A stretch of DNA of 64,000 nucleotides from Bacillota bacterium (GCA_021768705.1 JAETUG010000002.1:68336-132335); one strand, 5' to 3'; positions 32,701 through 42,069 are shown, numbered from the stretch's first letter. Numbers and translations: made by a program. The notes: generated by a model from the sequence alone, not told the origin.

Positions 32701-33290
32701 TGGACCACGTTCTGGCAAGCGGCCGTGACGTAAACGTACTGGTAGTAGATACAGAAGTTTACTCCAACACAGGCGGTCAGTCCTCCAAAGCAACACCCAT
32801 CGGCGCTGTGGCACAGTTCGCAGCAGGCGGCAAACCTACCGTAAAGAAAGACTTGGGTATGCTGGCAATGAGCTATGGCTATATCTACGTTGCACAGGTT
32901 GCTCTGGGCGCAAACCCTGCACAGCTGATCAAAGCTCTGAAAGAAGCAGAAGCTTACAATGGTCCTTCCCTGATCATCGCTTACGCTCCTTGTATCAACC
33001 ATGGTATCTCCAAGGGTATGGCAAACGCACAGCTGGAAGCAAAACTGGCAGTAGAAGCCGGTTACTGGCACCTGTATCGTTACAACCCCGATCTGAAGAA
33101 AGAAGGCAAGAACCCCTTCATTCTGGATTCCAAAGAACCTACCATGGACTTCAACGAATTCCTGATGGGCGAAGTACGTTACGCTTCCCTGGTTCGTACC
33201 TTCCCCGAAACAGCAGAAGTGCTGCTGAAGGAAGCTGCAGAAAATGCCAAGGCAAAATACGAATCCTACAAAAAATTGGCTGAACAGTAA
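29760..33290 (+). CDS. nifJ: Pyruvate:ferredoxin (flavodoxin) oxidoreductase
   Basis: YPITPSS, GLGSDG, two 4Fe-4S motifs, GGDGW, YSNTGGQ; promoter TTGACA-17-TAACAT at 29614-29642; terminator at 33382-33417. Confidence 0.95.
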   Translation: MNTKIMKTMDGNEAAAYVSYAFTEVATIYPITPSSPMAEHVDSWSANGKKNIFGQTVRLLELESEAGAAGAMHGALESGALATTYTASQGLLLMIPPMYRIAGQLKPGVFHVASRTVGTHAFSIFGDHSDVMACRQIGCAMLSSASVQEVMDLAGVAHLSAIKGSVPFIHFFDGFRTSHELQKIEVMDYDDLAKLVDQDALKKFRKNALNPEHPVQRSTVQNPDVFFQNREACTPFYTRLPEIVEEYMHEINKITGRNYQLFNYYGAADAEHVIVAMGSVTGAAQEVVENLTAKGEKVGFLQVHLYRPFSIKHFMAALPASVKVITVMDRTKEPGALGEPLYEDVCSALIETGRAAKVLAGRYGLSSKDVTPAQIVAVFDNMKGAQKNHFTVGIIDDVSNSSIEVGAEPDLADKSTVACKFWGLGSDGTVGANKNSIKIIGDHTDKYAQAYFEYDTKKSGGITRSHLRFGDTPIRSSYLVTRADFVACHNQSYMEKYDIVSEIKPGGTFLLNCAWNAEELDHHLSADVKRYIANNNINFYTIDAIKIGKEIGLGNKTNAILQSAFFKLANIIPVDDAVNYMKAAIVKSYGKKGEKVVNMNYAAVDAGLTGLTKIDVPASWKDAKDVDKEAIKAVLPEYVEKLMVPMNALKGDLLPVSVFTGREDGTVPLGTSAYEKRGVAIDVPEWDATKCIQCNQCSYVCPHAAIRPFLLTEEEAAKAPESYKVLDANGVGEIKNYKFRIQVDPLDCQGCGVCVTACPAKEKALTMKPLDTQMSEQPNWDFSLSLSDKKNPMDKFSVKGSQFEQPLLEFSGACAGCGETAYAKLMTQLYGDRMYLANATGCTQAWGAAAPCVPYTTNKEGWGPAWSNSLFENNAQFSVGMVLAVEQQRDRVTMKVKDLLALTAGTDFAAAAEVWLENRNNGNRSKADSRALIAALKDLTVTGEAAELKDFILENSEHLTKKSMWMYGGDGWAYDIGYGGLDHVLASGRDVNVLVVDTEVYSNTGGQSSKATPIGAVAQFAAGGKPTVKKDLGMLAMSYGYIYVAQVALGANPAQLIKALKEAEAYNGPSLIIAYAPCINHGISKGMANAQLEAKLAVEAGYWHLYRYNPDLKKEGKNPFILDSKEPTMDFNEFLMGEVRYASLVRTFPETAEVLLKEAAENAKAKYESYKKLAEQ

Positions 33291-33559
33291 TTTTGCAAAG
33301 CCCCAAAAGCCTTTTCGGCAAGGGAAATAGATCAAACAAGCCAATCAAAATACGGGGCGTAACCCAACGCCCCACACCCCTAAAAAGGGACAGAGTTTTC
33401 ATGCTCTGTCCTTTTTTGATGAAACCAGTCTTTTTTCCCGATTTTTTGGATAATATCTTAAGAGTTTCTTTCGATTTCCGAAAGCCCCTTTTTTTCTTAG
33501 AAACTTTATGATAGTATTTTATTTGAAAAGCAAACGAAAACTGAAAGGAGAATCCCCCT

Positions 33560-34213
33560 ATGAAGAAAAAATTAGTTACCCTGATGACCTGTGCCATGAT
33601 CGGCGCAAGCGTACTTTCCGGCTGCGGCGGTCCCACAAATACAGATGTACCCGAAGAATCCGTAGCAGCAACCATCGCTGTAGAAGATGAAAGCCTGCCC
33701 CCTCTGGATGCAGACCTGCAGGAGCTGTACGCAGAGGCTTACAAGATCTATAACCAGATCAGCTTCGGCAAATTTGACTATGACGAAGAAACCATGATCG
33801 AAAAAGACGGCTTTGAATACTACAAGATCACAGACAGCCGCTTCAAAACATATGATGACTTCCAGAAATTCCTGGAACAGTATTTCACAAAGGATTTCGT
33901 AGCCAACGGCATTTTGGGTGAAGGCAACATCATGTTCGCCAAAGGTGAAGATGGCGGTCTGTATTTCCTGGGCGGCGGCAGAGGCTCCAATATCTTCTAC
34001 GCAGGCCATGTATTCGAACTGGAAAGAGAAACAGAAAAAGAGATCGACCTCAAGGCAACTGCTTACTACACCAACAGCAACGAAGCCTATGATGGCGAAT
34101 ATTTCTACACAGCCCCCGAAACACCCGATGATTACACCACACAGGAATTCCGCTTCACCCTGCTGAAGGAAGATGGCGCATGGAAATTCGATGATTTTGC
34201 ATTATTCTTCTAA
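33560..34213 (+). CDS. Lipoprotein, possibly IseA-like
   Basis: Lipobox VLSGC; acidic periplasmic-type domain. Confidence 0.7.
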   Translation: MKKKLVTLMTCAMIGASVLSGCGGPTNTDVPEESVAATIAVEDESLPPLDADLQELYAEAYKIYNQISFGKFDYDEETMIEKDGFEYYKITDSRFKTYDDFQKFLEQYFTKDFVANGILGEGNIMFAKGEDGGLYFLGGGRGSNIFYAGHVFELERETEKEIDLKATAYYTNSNEAYDGEYFYTAPETPDDYTTQEFRFTLLKEDGAWKFDDFALFF

Positions 34214-34234
34214 AACAAAAGAAAAGCTCGGCAT

Positions 34235-34331
34235 TTAGAAGATGTCCCAAAACATAAAAATGAAAAACCGAAAGATATCTTGATGATAAAGATTTCTTTC
34301 GGTTTTCTGTTTTTTATAGAGACTCCTTGAA
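34235..34331. repeat. MITE-like repeat family 2, copy 1
   Basis: TTAGAA...AAAAACCGAAAGA-N-TCTTTCGGTTTT...CTCCTTGAA, also at 43026 and 57010. Confidence 0.7.
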
Positions 34332-34344
34332 ACGCCGAGCTTTT

Positions 34345-35751
34345 TTACTGTTCTCGATTTTTTTGTTGTCTTTCATTATCTTTCCTTACGGAAATGGCAG
34401 CGAGTACAAACAAGACCACCGTTTCCAGCAATCTCACCCTTTGCAGGCGGTCCCACAGAGGCGGCTTTGGTTTTTCCTCTGTTGAAAGAGTAAATTCCAA
34501 TTCTCCATCGGGCAAGCCATCAAAGAAAGCCTGATATCCGGTTTCTGTTTTTTCAAAGGAAAACCTATTATCGCTTTTCGTCATGTAATAAGGGGTATTT
34601 ATCACCATATCCAGCGTGCCGAACTTCGCCCATGTCTTTGCAGGAGAAAGGAGATAGGTATATTCATAGACAGGCGGTTTATAGTCCAAATCCACAGAAG
34701 GATACATGGGGGCTGTTACCGTATTCACAATGGTGCCGCCGGCGGGTACGGTAATCTCATATTCATACCAACGCAGCAGCGCATTGGAAAGATCCGTTCC
34801 CTCATATTCAAAACCCCAGAGAATCCCAAAATTCCATTCACCATTCCGCAGGCTTTCCACCATGGCATTGTACCAGTCGGAAGGAAGGATACCGCTGTCC
34901 TCGGAGTATTTCGCCATAGCAAATTCTCGAAAGTTCATGGTTTCTGTCTCTTTCAGGGTCAAGGTATAGGAAAAAGGCGTATCCTCTGCGCCGTTTTCGG
35001 AAAACCATTCCAATTCCTGTTCCAATGGCTCGCCAAAAACATACAATTCGATGGTATCCCCATTTTCCACCCAACGGGTCACGGCAACAAATTCCTCCGT
35101 ATCTTCCCCGCCGCATTGATCTACCAGCATCAGCTTGGTTTTATTTTCGTCTCCGCTCCATTGAAAACCCAATCTCGCCGCATCAAATTCCTCATCAATG
35201 CCATCGATGGTATAGGTGTATTTTGTCACAGGGGTATCGAATTTCCAAAAAGCATCCTCTGCATACCCATCCATCAGCCGAGGCAAGTCCTTTTCCAGTT
35301 CAAAATCCTCTCCAGGGGAAAGCAAAGTATGGCGCACCGTTTTTTCGATGGGTACCCCATCTACCACCACATCATATTTTTCCCCATCGGCAGTATAGAC
35401 CCGTTGATCCGTATCCGGATCGTAGCTATAGCCATAATCAGGGGTTTGCCCGAAGGGGAATGCCAGCTTCACGGTCACATCGTAATCGGCAGGGTTATGG
35501 AAGGTATATTCCGCCGTGACTTTGCCTGTATAAGCCAGATATTCCTCCAAATCGTTGTAATACTCCGAAGGAAACTCCTGTAAATCGAAGGTGAGCCGCT
35601 CCTGTTCCACCACGAGGGGAGACTGTTCCCCCGTTATCATAGCGCCCGTAGGGGAAATGCCCCGAAAATAGGTCTGGGCGGAATTTGCCGAAGCGGTCAC
35701 AGGGTTCATCATCAATAAGGTGCTGAGTAAAATGAAAAATACCTTTTTCAC
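34345..35751 (-). CDS. Secreted, C-terminally anchored hypothetical protein
   Basis: Signal peptide ending ASA-NS, C-terminal TM segment; GTG start with GGAGG. Confidence 0.7.
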   Translation of the reverse strand: MKKVFFILLSTLLMMNPVTASANSAQTYFRGISPTGAMITGEQSPLVVEQERLTFDLQEFPSEYYNDLEEYLAYTGKVTAEYTFHNPADYDVTVKLAFPFGQTPDYGYSYDPDTDQRVYTADGEKYDVVVDGVPIEKTVRHTLLSPGEDFELEKDLPRLMDGYAEDAFWKFDTPVTKYTYTIDGIDEEFDAARLGFQWSGDENKTKLMLVDQCGGEDTEEFVAVTRWVENGDTIELYVFGEPLEQELEWFSENGAEDTPFSYTLTLKETETMNFREFAMAKYSEDSGILPSDWYNAMVESLRNGEWNFGILWGFEYEGTDLSNALLRWYEYEITVPAGGTIVNTVTAPMYPSVDLDYKPPVYEYTYLLSPAKTWAKFGTLDMVINTPYYMTKSDNRFSFEKTETGYQAFFDGLPDGELEFTLSTEEKPKPPLWDRLQRVRLLETVVLFVLAAISVRKDNERQQKNREQ

Positions 35752-35772
35752 GGGGAACACCTCCAAATTCGC

Positions 35773-36585
35773 TTATTTTTTGCCTGCGATTTTTTTATCC
35801 TTTTCCAGAACGGCATCAAAGGCCTTCACCAACATACTTTCCAGACCGTTTGCCTGCAAAGCGGTTACTCCTTCGATAGTAGTGCCGCCGGGAGAGCAAA
35901 CCTGATCCACCAATGCCCAAGGATGCTCGCCGCTTTCCAAAACCATTTTCGCACTGCCCAAAACCGTTGCCGCTGTAATCTCCAAAGCCTGCTTTTTTGG
36001 CATGCCTGCCTTCACCGCCGCCCGAGCCAACGCATCCATATACATATAAGCAAAGGCAGGAGCCGCACCGCCGATGACAGAGAAAATATCAAATTGGCTT
36101 TCCTCCACCTCTGCCACGGTGCCGATGGTCTGGAACATCCCTTTGACAATGGCTTTCTGTTCCTCCGTTACCATTGCATTGGCGCACAAGCCGGAGGTGG
36201 ATGCGCCGATCTTCGCATTGATATTGGGCATCACACGGACGATGGGCGTCCCTTTTGGCAGTAAGCCTGCCAGATAGTCCAGTGTTTTCCCCGCCGCAAT
36301 GGAAACCACAAGGGGGTTCTTTGCCGCGATCTCCTCTTTCAAAGCAGGCACAACAGCCGCCAATACATGGGGTTTTACTGCCAACACCAAAACGTCACTG
36401 GCCGCTACGACCTCCGCCGCTGTGGTTACCGCATTGGCACCGCAGACCTCCGCCAGCTTTGCCGCAGAGGTCACCGTCTTGCTGGTGATGGTAATATCCT
36501 TTCCGTCGTAGCTCTTTGTGCCGATGGTCATACCTTTGATGATGGCGCCTGCCATGTTGCCTGCGCCGATAAAGCCAAATTTCAT
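35773..36585 (-). CDS. proC: Pyrroline-5-carboxylate reductase
   Basis: GFIGAGNMA, RVMPN, CSPGGTT. Confidence 0.95.
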   Translation of the reverse strand: MKFGFIGAGNMAGAIIKGMTIGTKSYDGKDITITSKTVTSAAKLAEVCGANAVTTAAEVVAASDVLVLAVKPHVLAAVVPALKEEIAAKNPLVVSIAAGKTLDYLAGLLPKGTPIVRVMPNINAKIGASTSGLCANAMVTEEQKAIVKGMFQTIGTVAEVEESQFDIFSVIGGAAPAFAYMYMDALARAAVKAGMPKKQALEITAATVLGSAKMVLESGEHPWALVDQVCSPGGTTIEGVTALQANGLESMLVKAFDAVLEKDKKIAGKK

Positions 36586-36709
36586 AGGGATTCCCTCCTT
36601 TAAAAAGAAAAGGTCGGTAAAAACCGACCTTTATTGTTCCTCGATTTTCTAGTTTAACGGTACTACAATTACCGTATCACTGTCAATTACGGAAATCTTA
36701 ATTTTTTTC

Positions 36710-36729
36710 TTGAGGGTTTCACCCTCAAA
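36710..36729. repeat. Modular palindromic repeat family 1, copy E (terminal hairpin only)
   Basis: TTGAGGGTTTCACCCTCAAA, identical to 1501-1520 and 6823-6842. Confidence 0.85.
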
Positions 36730-36738
36730 AGAGTTTTT

Positions 36739-37692
36739 TTAGCAGATGATGTTCTGAGGTGTGCCATCTTCCCATTTCAGGATGTTTTCGGAAACGATCT
36801 GCGCTCTGGTGAACAAGGCTTCATGGGACGCAAACGCCACATGGGGTGTTACCACTGTATGCTTGCTGTGCAGCAGAGGATGATCCGCAGGCACAGGAGG
36901 TTCCATTTCGAATACGTCGATGCCTGCGCCGGCAATACGTTCTTCGTTCAATGCCTTTGCCAATGCTTCACTGTCTACCACTGGGCCACGGGCTGTATTC
37001 AGCAGGATAGCATTTTTCTTCATCAAAGCGATCTCTTTTTCACCGATCAGACCCTTTGTTTTATCATTCAAAGGTACGTGCAGGGAAACGATGTCGCTGA
37101 CCTTCAGCACATCCTCCAGAGACATATATTCGATGCCTGCGCCCTGCATTTCGGGTTTTACCGTTCTGCTGTATGCAACCACCTTGCAGCCGAAAGCCTG
37201 TGCGATTTTTGCAACCTTACCGCCAATGGCACCTGTGCCAACGACACCAAAGGTCTTGCCGAACAGCTCGCCGCCAACCAAACCTGCCTTTGTGCCCTCC
37301 TTACGGCAAACAGCGTCGCAGGCAGGGATATTCCGCAGTACGGAGATTGCCAAGCCGAAAGCCAGCTCTGCAACGGCGTTGGTGGAATAGCCTGCGGCGT
37401 TGCAGACGCAGATGCCTTTTTCCTTGCAGAAATCCACATCGATATGGTCAACGCCTGTGAATGCTACGGAGAGCAGCTTCAGGTTTTTGCATTTTTCAAT
37501 GACATTTTTGCGGAAAGGCTGATTTGCAATGATGATGATATCAGCGTCCTTGCCTCTTTCCGCCAGTTTTTCCTGGTCTTCTTCCTTTGTGTCATACGCC
37601 ACAATTTCATGACCTCTTGCTTTTACGGCTGCTGTTGCTTCTTCCAGTTTTTCGGGGGTGATGCCCAAGGGTTCGATGATGACGATTTTCAT
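36739..37692 (-). CDS. D-isomer-specific 2-hydroxyacid dehydrogenase
   Basis: GTGAIG, NTARG, DVFEMEP, TPHVA. Confidence 0.9.
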   Translation of the reverse strand: MKIVIIEPLGITPEKLEEATAAVKARGHEIVAYDTKEEDQEKLAERGKDADIIIIANQPFRKNVIEKCKNLKLLSVAFTGVDHIDVDFCKEKGICVCNAAGYSTNAVAELAFGLAISVLRNIPACDAVCRKEGTKAGLVGGELFGKTFGVVGTGAIGGKVAKIAQAFGCKVVAYSRTVKPEMQGAGIEYMSLEDVLKVSDIVSLHVPLNDKTKGLIGEKEIALMKKNAILLNTARGPVVDSEALAKALNEERIAGAGIDVFEMEPPVPADHPLLHSKHTVVTPHVAFASHEALFTRAQIVSENILKWEDGTPQNIIC

Positions 37693-37858
37693 TTGTTCCT
37701 TCCTCCTTATGGTTTTCAATGTGTTATTTTATATTGACTGTAATAAATTTCATTTTATACTGGTATGATAACGCAGTTTTTTTTAAAATACAATACTCCT
37801 TGTAGAAAAAACACAAAAAGTTTATAATAGAAAAAATATCATGGAAAGGAATGAAAAA

Positions 37859-38212
37859 ATGAGCATTTTATTTTTGGAATACCCCAAATGCACCACCTGC
37901 AAAAAAGCCAAAGCTTGGCTGGAAGGAAACAACATCCCCTTTGCGGACAGACACATCGTAGAAAACAACCCCACAGCAGAGGAATTGAAGGCATGGTGGG
38001 GAAAAAGCGGTATGCCCCTGAAAAAATTTTTCAATACCAGCGGTATGCTGTATAAAGAAATGCAGCTAAAGGACAAGCTGCCGGAAATGAGCGAAGAAGA
38101 ACAGATTGCCCTGCTTGCCACCAATGGCATGCTGGTGAAACGCCCCCTCATCATCGGGGAGGATTTCGTTCTGGTGGGCTTCAAGGAAGCAGAATGGGAA
38201 AGATTGAAATAA
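37859..38212 (+). CDS. ArsC/Spx-family protein
   Basis: CTTCKKA, FFNTSG, LVKRP. Confidence 0.9.
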   Translation: MSILFLEYPKCTTCKKAKAWLEGNNIPFADRHIVENNPTAEELKAWWGKSGMPLKKFFNTSGMLYKEMQLKDKLPEMSEEEQIALLATNGMLVKRPLIIGEDFVLVGFKEAEWERLK

Positions 38213-38236
38213 CTGCCAAAAGATAAATTCCCGCAA

Positions 38237-38298
38237 ACAAAAAATACCTCCACTGCAAAGACGTTATCACTAAAATTGCCGTGGAGGTATTTTTTTGT
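38237..38298. repeat. Repeat family 3, copy 1 (hairpin with conserved loop)
   Basis: Core CAAAGACGTT-AT-CACTAAAATTGC-C-GTGGA shared with 54856-54915. Confidence 0.6.
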
Positions 38299-38356
38299 CT
38301 GCTCTGCTTTCGACAACAGTCTTGGTGTTTTTCCGTTTTATTTCGACGAATCCCTT

Positions 38357-39160
38357 TTATCGATTTCGTTCCTTTATCCGCATGATAGAATCGAAGGACT
38401 CTATATCATCCTTTCTCGTTTGCAAGCGCAGAACTTCTCCCGTCATGGGATTCACCACGGCAACCCAAGGAATCTTATCTTTTCGCATCTCAAAAAGATA
38501 CAGATCAAATTTCAATTCTTTCTCTTCTAAGTCCATGCGAATGTCCTTCGGGATCAGGGGATATGTAGGGTCATCATGCCCGATATAGGAAACGGCTTCA
38601 TATCCATTTTGGGTCAGTCTCTCTTGGGCTTTCTGTACGGTCGTGGTAATCCCCATCAAATAGGGTACCGCCAAGGTAGCCGCTGCCAGCAGCACACTGA
38701 TGAAAAAGATAGACCATAAGATCACCACATCCCGTTCCTGTTGAAACTGTTCTTTTTTTGTCCTCAATACCAGATAAACAGGCAAAAGAAAAGCCATTTG
38801 CAACGCTGTCAAAAACAACCGTGGTTCCATCGTCACCAAAGCAGAAAGGACGATGGCCACACCCCAAAGCAGAATCAAACGGAATACAAGCCTTCTCGCC
38901 CACTCCCACTTCTGCTTCTGCTCCGGCGGCTCTTCGTAGATATTCAAAATAATACCAACCATAATAGACCCATAGGTCAGGGTATTTGTCTCAATGATCT
39001 CTCCGTAGATGGTATGCTCCACATGATACAACACAAACATGGACAGGGCAAAAGCCAAAAGCGATAACGCCCAAAGCCCTTTTCTGCTCTTCACAAGCTT
39101 CTTTTCCCCCTGCACAGGGTCGGTCTGTTCCCAATCCCAGTCTTTTTGTAAAAATCCCAT
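38357..39160 (-). CDS. Hypothetical membrane protein (paralog of the next gene)
   Basis: About 5 TM segments; RKGLW...VEHTIYGEIIETNT. Confidence 0.7.
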   Translation of the reverse strand: MGFLQKDWDWEQTDPVQGEKKLVKSRKGLWALSLLAFALSMFVLYHVEHTIYGEIIETNTLTYGSIMVGIILNIYEEPPEQKQKWEWARRLVFRLILLWGVAIVLSALVTMEPRLFLTALQMAFLLPVYLVLRTKKEQFQQERDVVILWSIFFISVLLAAATLAVPYLMGITTTVQKAQERLTQNGYEAVSYIGHDDPTYPLIPKDIRMDLEEKELKFDLYLFEMRKDKIPWVAVVNPMTGEVLRLQTRKDDIESFDSIMRIKERNR

Positions 39161-39175
39161 TCCTTCCCCCCTCCT

Positions 39176-39922
39176 TTAAATCCAATTTGCCAGTTCCGGT
39201 TCCTCCCCATCCGTTGCCGCAAGGATGATCTCGCCGCCTTTGGGGTCAATAACGATGCGCCATGCTTCCCCATCCTTTTCGCCAGAGAAGAGATAATACT
39301 TTTCCCTTGCCATGCTCTCTTCATAAAAATCCTTCTCTACGGCATCCTGATAGACCCACCTGCCATACATCCAGCAGACATATTCCACATCCGTAAAGCC
39401 TTCCGCCTGTATGGTCTTTTCCGCCCGTCCTGTGGTCTGATTTCCTGTCAGGCAGCCTCCTGCCAATGTACCCGCCGCCAGCGACACCGCCGCAAAAAAC
39501 AGGGTACAGGCATACATGGAAATTTTGTCAATATCCTTTTTCTTCTCATGATCTGGCCAATACAGCGGCAGCAGCACAAAGACCAGCTGTGTCATATAAA
39601 CCACCATGCCTCGGTATACAGCACTCCATACGATGATCGCCAAAGATACTGCTACGAGGATTCCGATGATCCATTTTCCTCGTTTCGTCATGGGTTTTTC
39701 CTCCTTGCCCATGGCTTTCCGCAGACCCAGACCAATGCAAAAACCGATAGATATCCCAAGGATTGTAAATGTATTCGTTTCAACAATCCCTCCGTATAAG
39801 GAATGTTCCACCCAATAGGTCAGCCACAACGCCGCCGCCCAACAAATGACAGCCACCGTCCAAAGCCCTTTCCGTTTTTGATTCTGTTTGTAATTATTTT
39901 CTTCCCATGCCCACAGATGCAT
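39176..39922 (-). CDS. Hypothetical membrane protein
   Basis: About 5 TM segments; RKGLW...VEHSLYGGIVETNT. Confidence 0.7.
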   Translation of the reverse strand: MHLWAWEENNYKQNQKRKGLWTVAVICWAAALWLTYWVEHSLYGGIVETNTFTILGISIGFCIGLGLRKAMGKEEKPMTKRGKWIIGILVAVSLAIIVWSAVYRGMVVYMTQLVFVLLPLYWPDHEKKKDIDKISMYACTLFFAAVSLAAGTLAGGCLTGNQTTGRAEKTIQAEGFTDVEYVCWMYGRWVYQDAVEKDFYEESMAREKYYLFSGEKDGEAWRIVIDPKGGEIILAATDGEEPELANWI

Positions 39923-39941
39923 ACGATCCCCCTTTTCTATC

Positions 39942-40190
39942 TCAATCCTTCCAATTCCACCATTTCAGCTTTTCGGGATCGTGTACCTCGTTTTCCGCAT
40001 AATAGACCGCCATACGGTAGACATAAAGCTGACATCGGTCGATCCTGACTCCCTTCAGTTCACATTCCTTCTGATACATTTTCTCCGGATCGGCTCCCTT
40101 TAGAGAAGCAATGCTGTCAAACCCCAGCAGCAGCAAATCCTTCTCCGTTGCCTTGCCCACATAGGGAATTTTTTGCAGATCTGTTTTCAT
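39942..40190 (-). CDS. Helix-hairpin-helix Cdd1-like protein
   Basis: LQKIPYVG, DRCQLYVYR, KWWNWKD. Confidence 0.85.
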   Translation of the reverse strand: MKTDLQKIPYVGKATEKDLLLLGFDSIASLKGADPEKMYQKECELKGVRIDRCQLYVYRMAVYYAENEVHDPEKLKWWNWKD

Positions 40191-40777
40191 GCCAAGCCCT
40201 CCTTCTGTAAAAAAGCCTTCAATTTCAGCAAGTCCTCCTCATAAACCGTCTGCAACGCCCGATTATATATCACTGCTGCAGGATGATAGAGGGCAAAAAG
40301 GATGCGTCCATCTGCCAAAGGCATGGGAACGCCATGGTAATCCCCAATCACTGCCTTCTTTTCCCCCGTCACTGCTTTCAGGGGCACATTCCCCAGCGTC
40401 ACAATGACCTTCGGGGCAATGGCTTTGATCTCCTCCTGCAAAAAGGGCAGAAAAAAAGCGATCTCATCGGCAGAGGGGGGACGATTCACCGCCTTGCCCG
40501 TTTTGGGGCTTTCCTTGGTAGGGCGCAGCTTCACCACATTGGAGATATAAATTTCCTCCCGTTTCAAGCCCACCACTTCCAAAAAAGCAGACAGGTTTTT
40601 CCCCGCCTTGCCGACGAAGGGATGTCCTTGCTTTTCCTCGTCGCCGCCGGGGGCTTCGCCGATCATCATAAGCGCAGGACATTCTGCGCCTTCTCCAAAT
40701 ACAAGGGTTTTCCCGTTATACGGCGATTGTTTTACCGCTTCCAGCAGTTTATTTTGGATTTCTTTTATCGTTTTCAT
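40187..40777 (-). CDS. Uracil-DNA glycosylase, family 4
   Basis: IGEAPG, FVGKAG, NVVK.RP, YHPAA. Confidence 0.9.
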   Translation of the reverse strand: MKTIKEIQNKLLEAVKQSPYNGKTLVFGEGAECPALMMIGEAPGGDEEKQGHPFVGKAGKNLSAFLEVVGLKREEIYISNVVKLRPTKESPKTGKAVNRPPSADEIAFFLPFLQEEIKAIAPKVIVTLGNVPLKAVTGEKKAVIGDYHGVPMPLADGRILFALYHPAAVIYNRALQTVYEEDLLKLKAFLQKEGLA

Positions 40778-40798
40778 ATAACCACTCCTTTTTCCCCA

Positions 40799-41042
40799 TT
40801 TCCCACAGGGTTATCCACAAGCAATAGGGGTTATCCACAAAAATTTTGGGGATAACTCATTATGTCACCCTCAAGATATAGGGGGTCTTCCGCTCTTTCT
40901 TCAGGAAACGACTGAAAATATGCCGATTTTACGGCAAATCATAATATTCATCTTGTATTGCATATTTTTTCTGGGGATAACCGATGCCTTATCCACAGGA
41001 TTTTTGGGGATAACTTTACAGGTTATCCATAGGTTGTCCACA
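40799..41042. promoter_or_regulatory. DnaA-box cluster
   Basis: TTATCCACA at 40811, 40831 and 40989; one-mismatch boxes at 40847, 40972, 41005, 41023 and 41034. Confidence 0.8.
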
Positions 41043-41049
41043 ATTTCCC

Positions 41050-42069
41050 TCATTTTTTCCGCAAAAGCAAGGCAAAGACAGCCATACCGCCCAGCAGACC
41101 GCCGATATGCGCCATGTTATCCACACCGGGCTCCAAAAAACCAAAGCAGATGGCCGTTGCCGCCAGCAGAAGCATCGTAGCATAGTTCATGCCTGTATAG
41201 CGAGAACCATGTTTTTTGGTCAGCAGGAGCATGGCCCCCAATAAACCATAGATGGCACCGGAAGCACCAATGGAAATGCCGCCGCTGCCCAGTGCCACAC
41301 TCAATAGGCCGCCGCAAAGCCCCGAAACCAGATACAGCACCAGAAACCGCCCTGTGCCCAAAAGCCGCTCCGCCCGCACGCCGAAATAATAGAGGTATAC
41401 ACTATTGGACGCCAGATGCAGGATACCTGCATGGAGGAACATGCTGCTAAAAAAGCGGTAATATTCCCCCGAAAGAATCCCCTCACGGCTCAAGCCGAAA
41501 GAAAGCAAAATTTCCTCCCGATAGCCGGAAAGCATCGTCACCAAAAGCAACACCGCACAGACAGCGAAGATTGCCCCTGTGGCAACGGGCTTTTTCTGTT
41601 CTTTGCTGTCCCTGAGGACAAGTACCTCCGGTTCCTTTCCCTTTGCCGCCGCCGAAAGCAGCTTTTCGATGCCCAGCAATTGATCGGGCTGATGTTTCCC
41701 TGCGGTGACCTTGCCGCTTTCTGTCGAAAACTGCCAGAAAACGCGATAAAATTTTTCGTCGTAAGCATTGAAACCGGAGATATCCCCTGTTTCCACAGTA
41801 TCCACAGGTTTATCCCCCTCTGTTTTATCCACAAGGACGGATAGGGCAACCACACGGGTGCAGTGAAATTCCTCCAGCCGTTTCTCCATCCGCCTGCCGA
41901 AGTCGGCAAAGGTCATATGATCCTCTTTCCAGCCGTCCTCCTCCCCATCCAGAAGGCACAATAGATACAATACAGGGTTTTCCGCCCGCCAATACCAGTT
42001 TTCTTTGTTTCTCACTTTGCGAAAACCGCTGTTTTCCAGCCGCATCCGCAGATTTTCCCAAAATTCCAT
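41050..42069 (-). CDS. Rhomboid-family intramembrane serine protease
   Basis: MFLH...HLASN, GASGAIYG, AHIGG. Confidence 0.9.
   Translation of the reverse strand: MEFWENLRMRLENSGFRKVRNKENWYWRAENPVLYLLCLLDGEEDGWKEDHMTFADFGRRMEKRLEEFHCTRVVALSVLVDKTEGDKPVDTVETGDISGFNAYDEKFYRVFWQFSTESGKVTAGKHQPDQLLGIEKLLSAAAKGKEPEVLVLRDSKEQKKPVATGAIFAVCAVLLLVTMLSGYREEILLSFGLSREGILSGEYYRFFSSMFLHAGILHLASNSVYLYYFGVRAERLLGTGRFLVLYLVSGLCGGLLSVALGSGGISIGASGAIYGLLGAMLLLTKKHGSRYTGMNYATMLLLAATAICFGFLEPGVDNMAHIGGLLGGMAVFALLLRKK

Noticed and set aside
33291-33381. Structured nifJ 3' UTR (GGGCGT-AACCCA-ACGCCC) as a 3'-derived sRNA
   Set aside because: Only short stems and no internal promoter; not distinguishable from an ordinary 3' UTR.
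41117-41125. Perfect DnaA box near the rhomboid 3' end
   Set aside because: It coincides with the conserved rhomboid VDNxAH motif, so protein constraint explains it.
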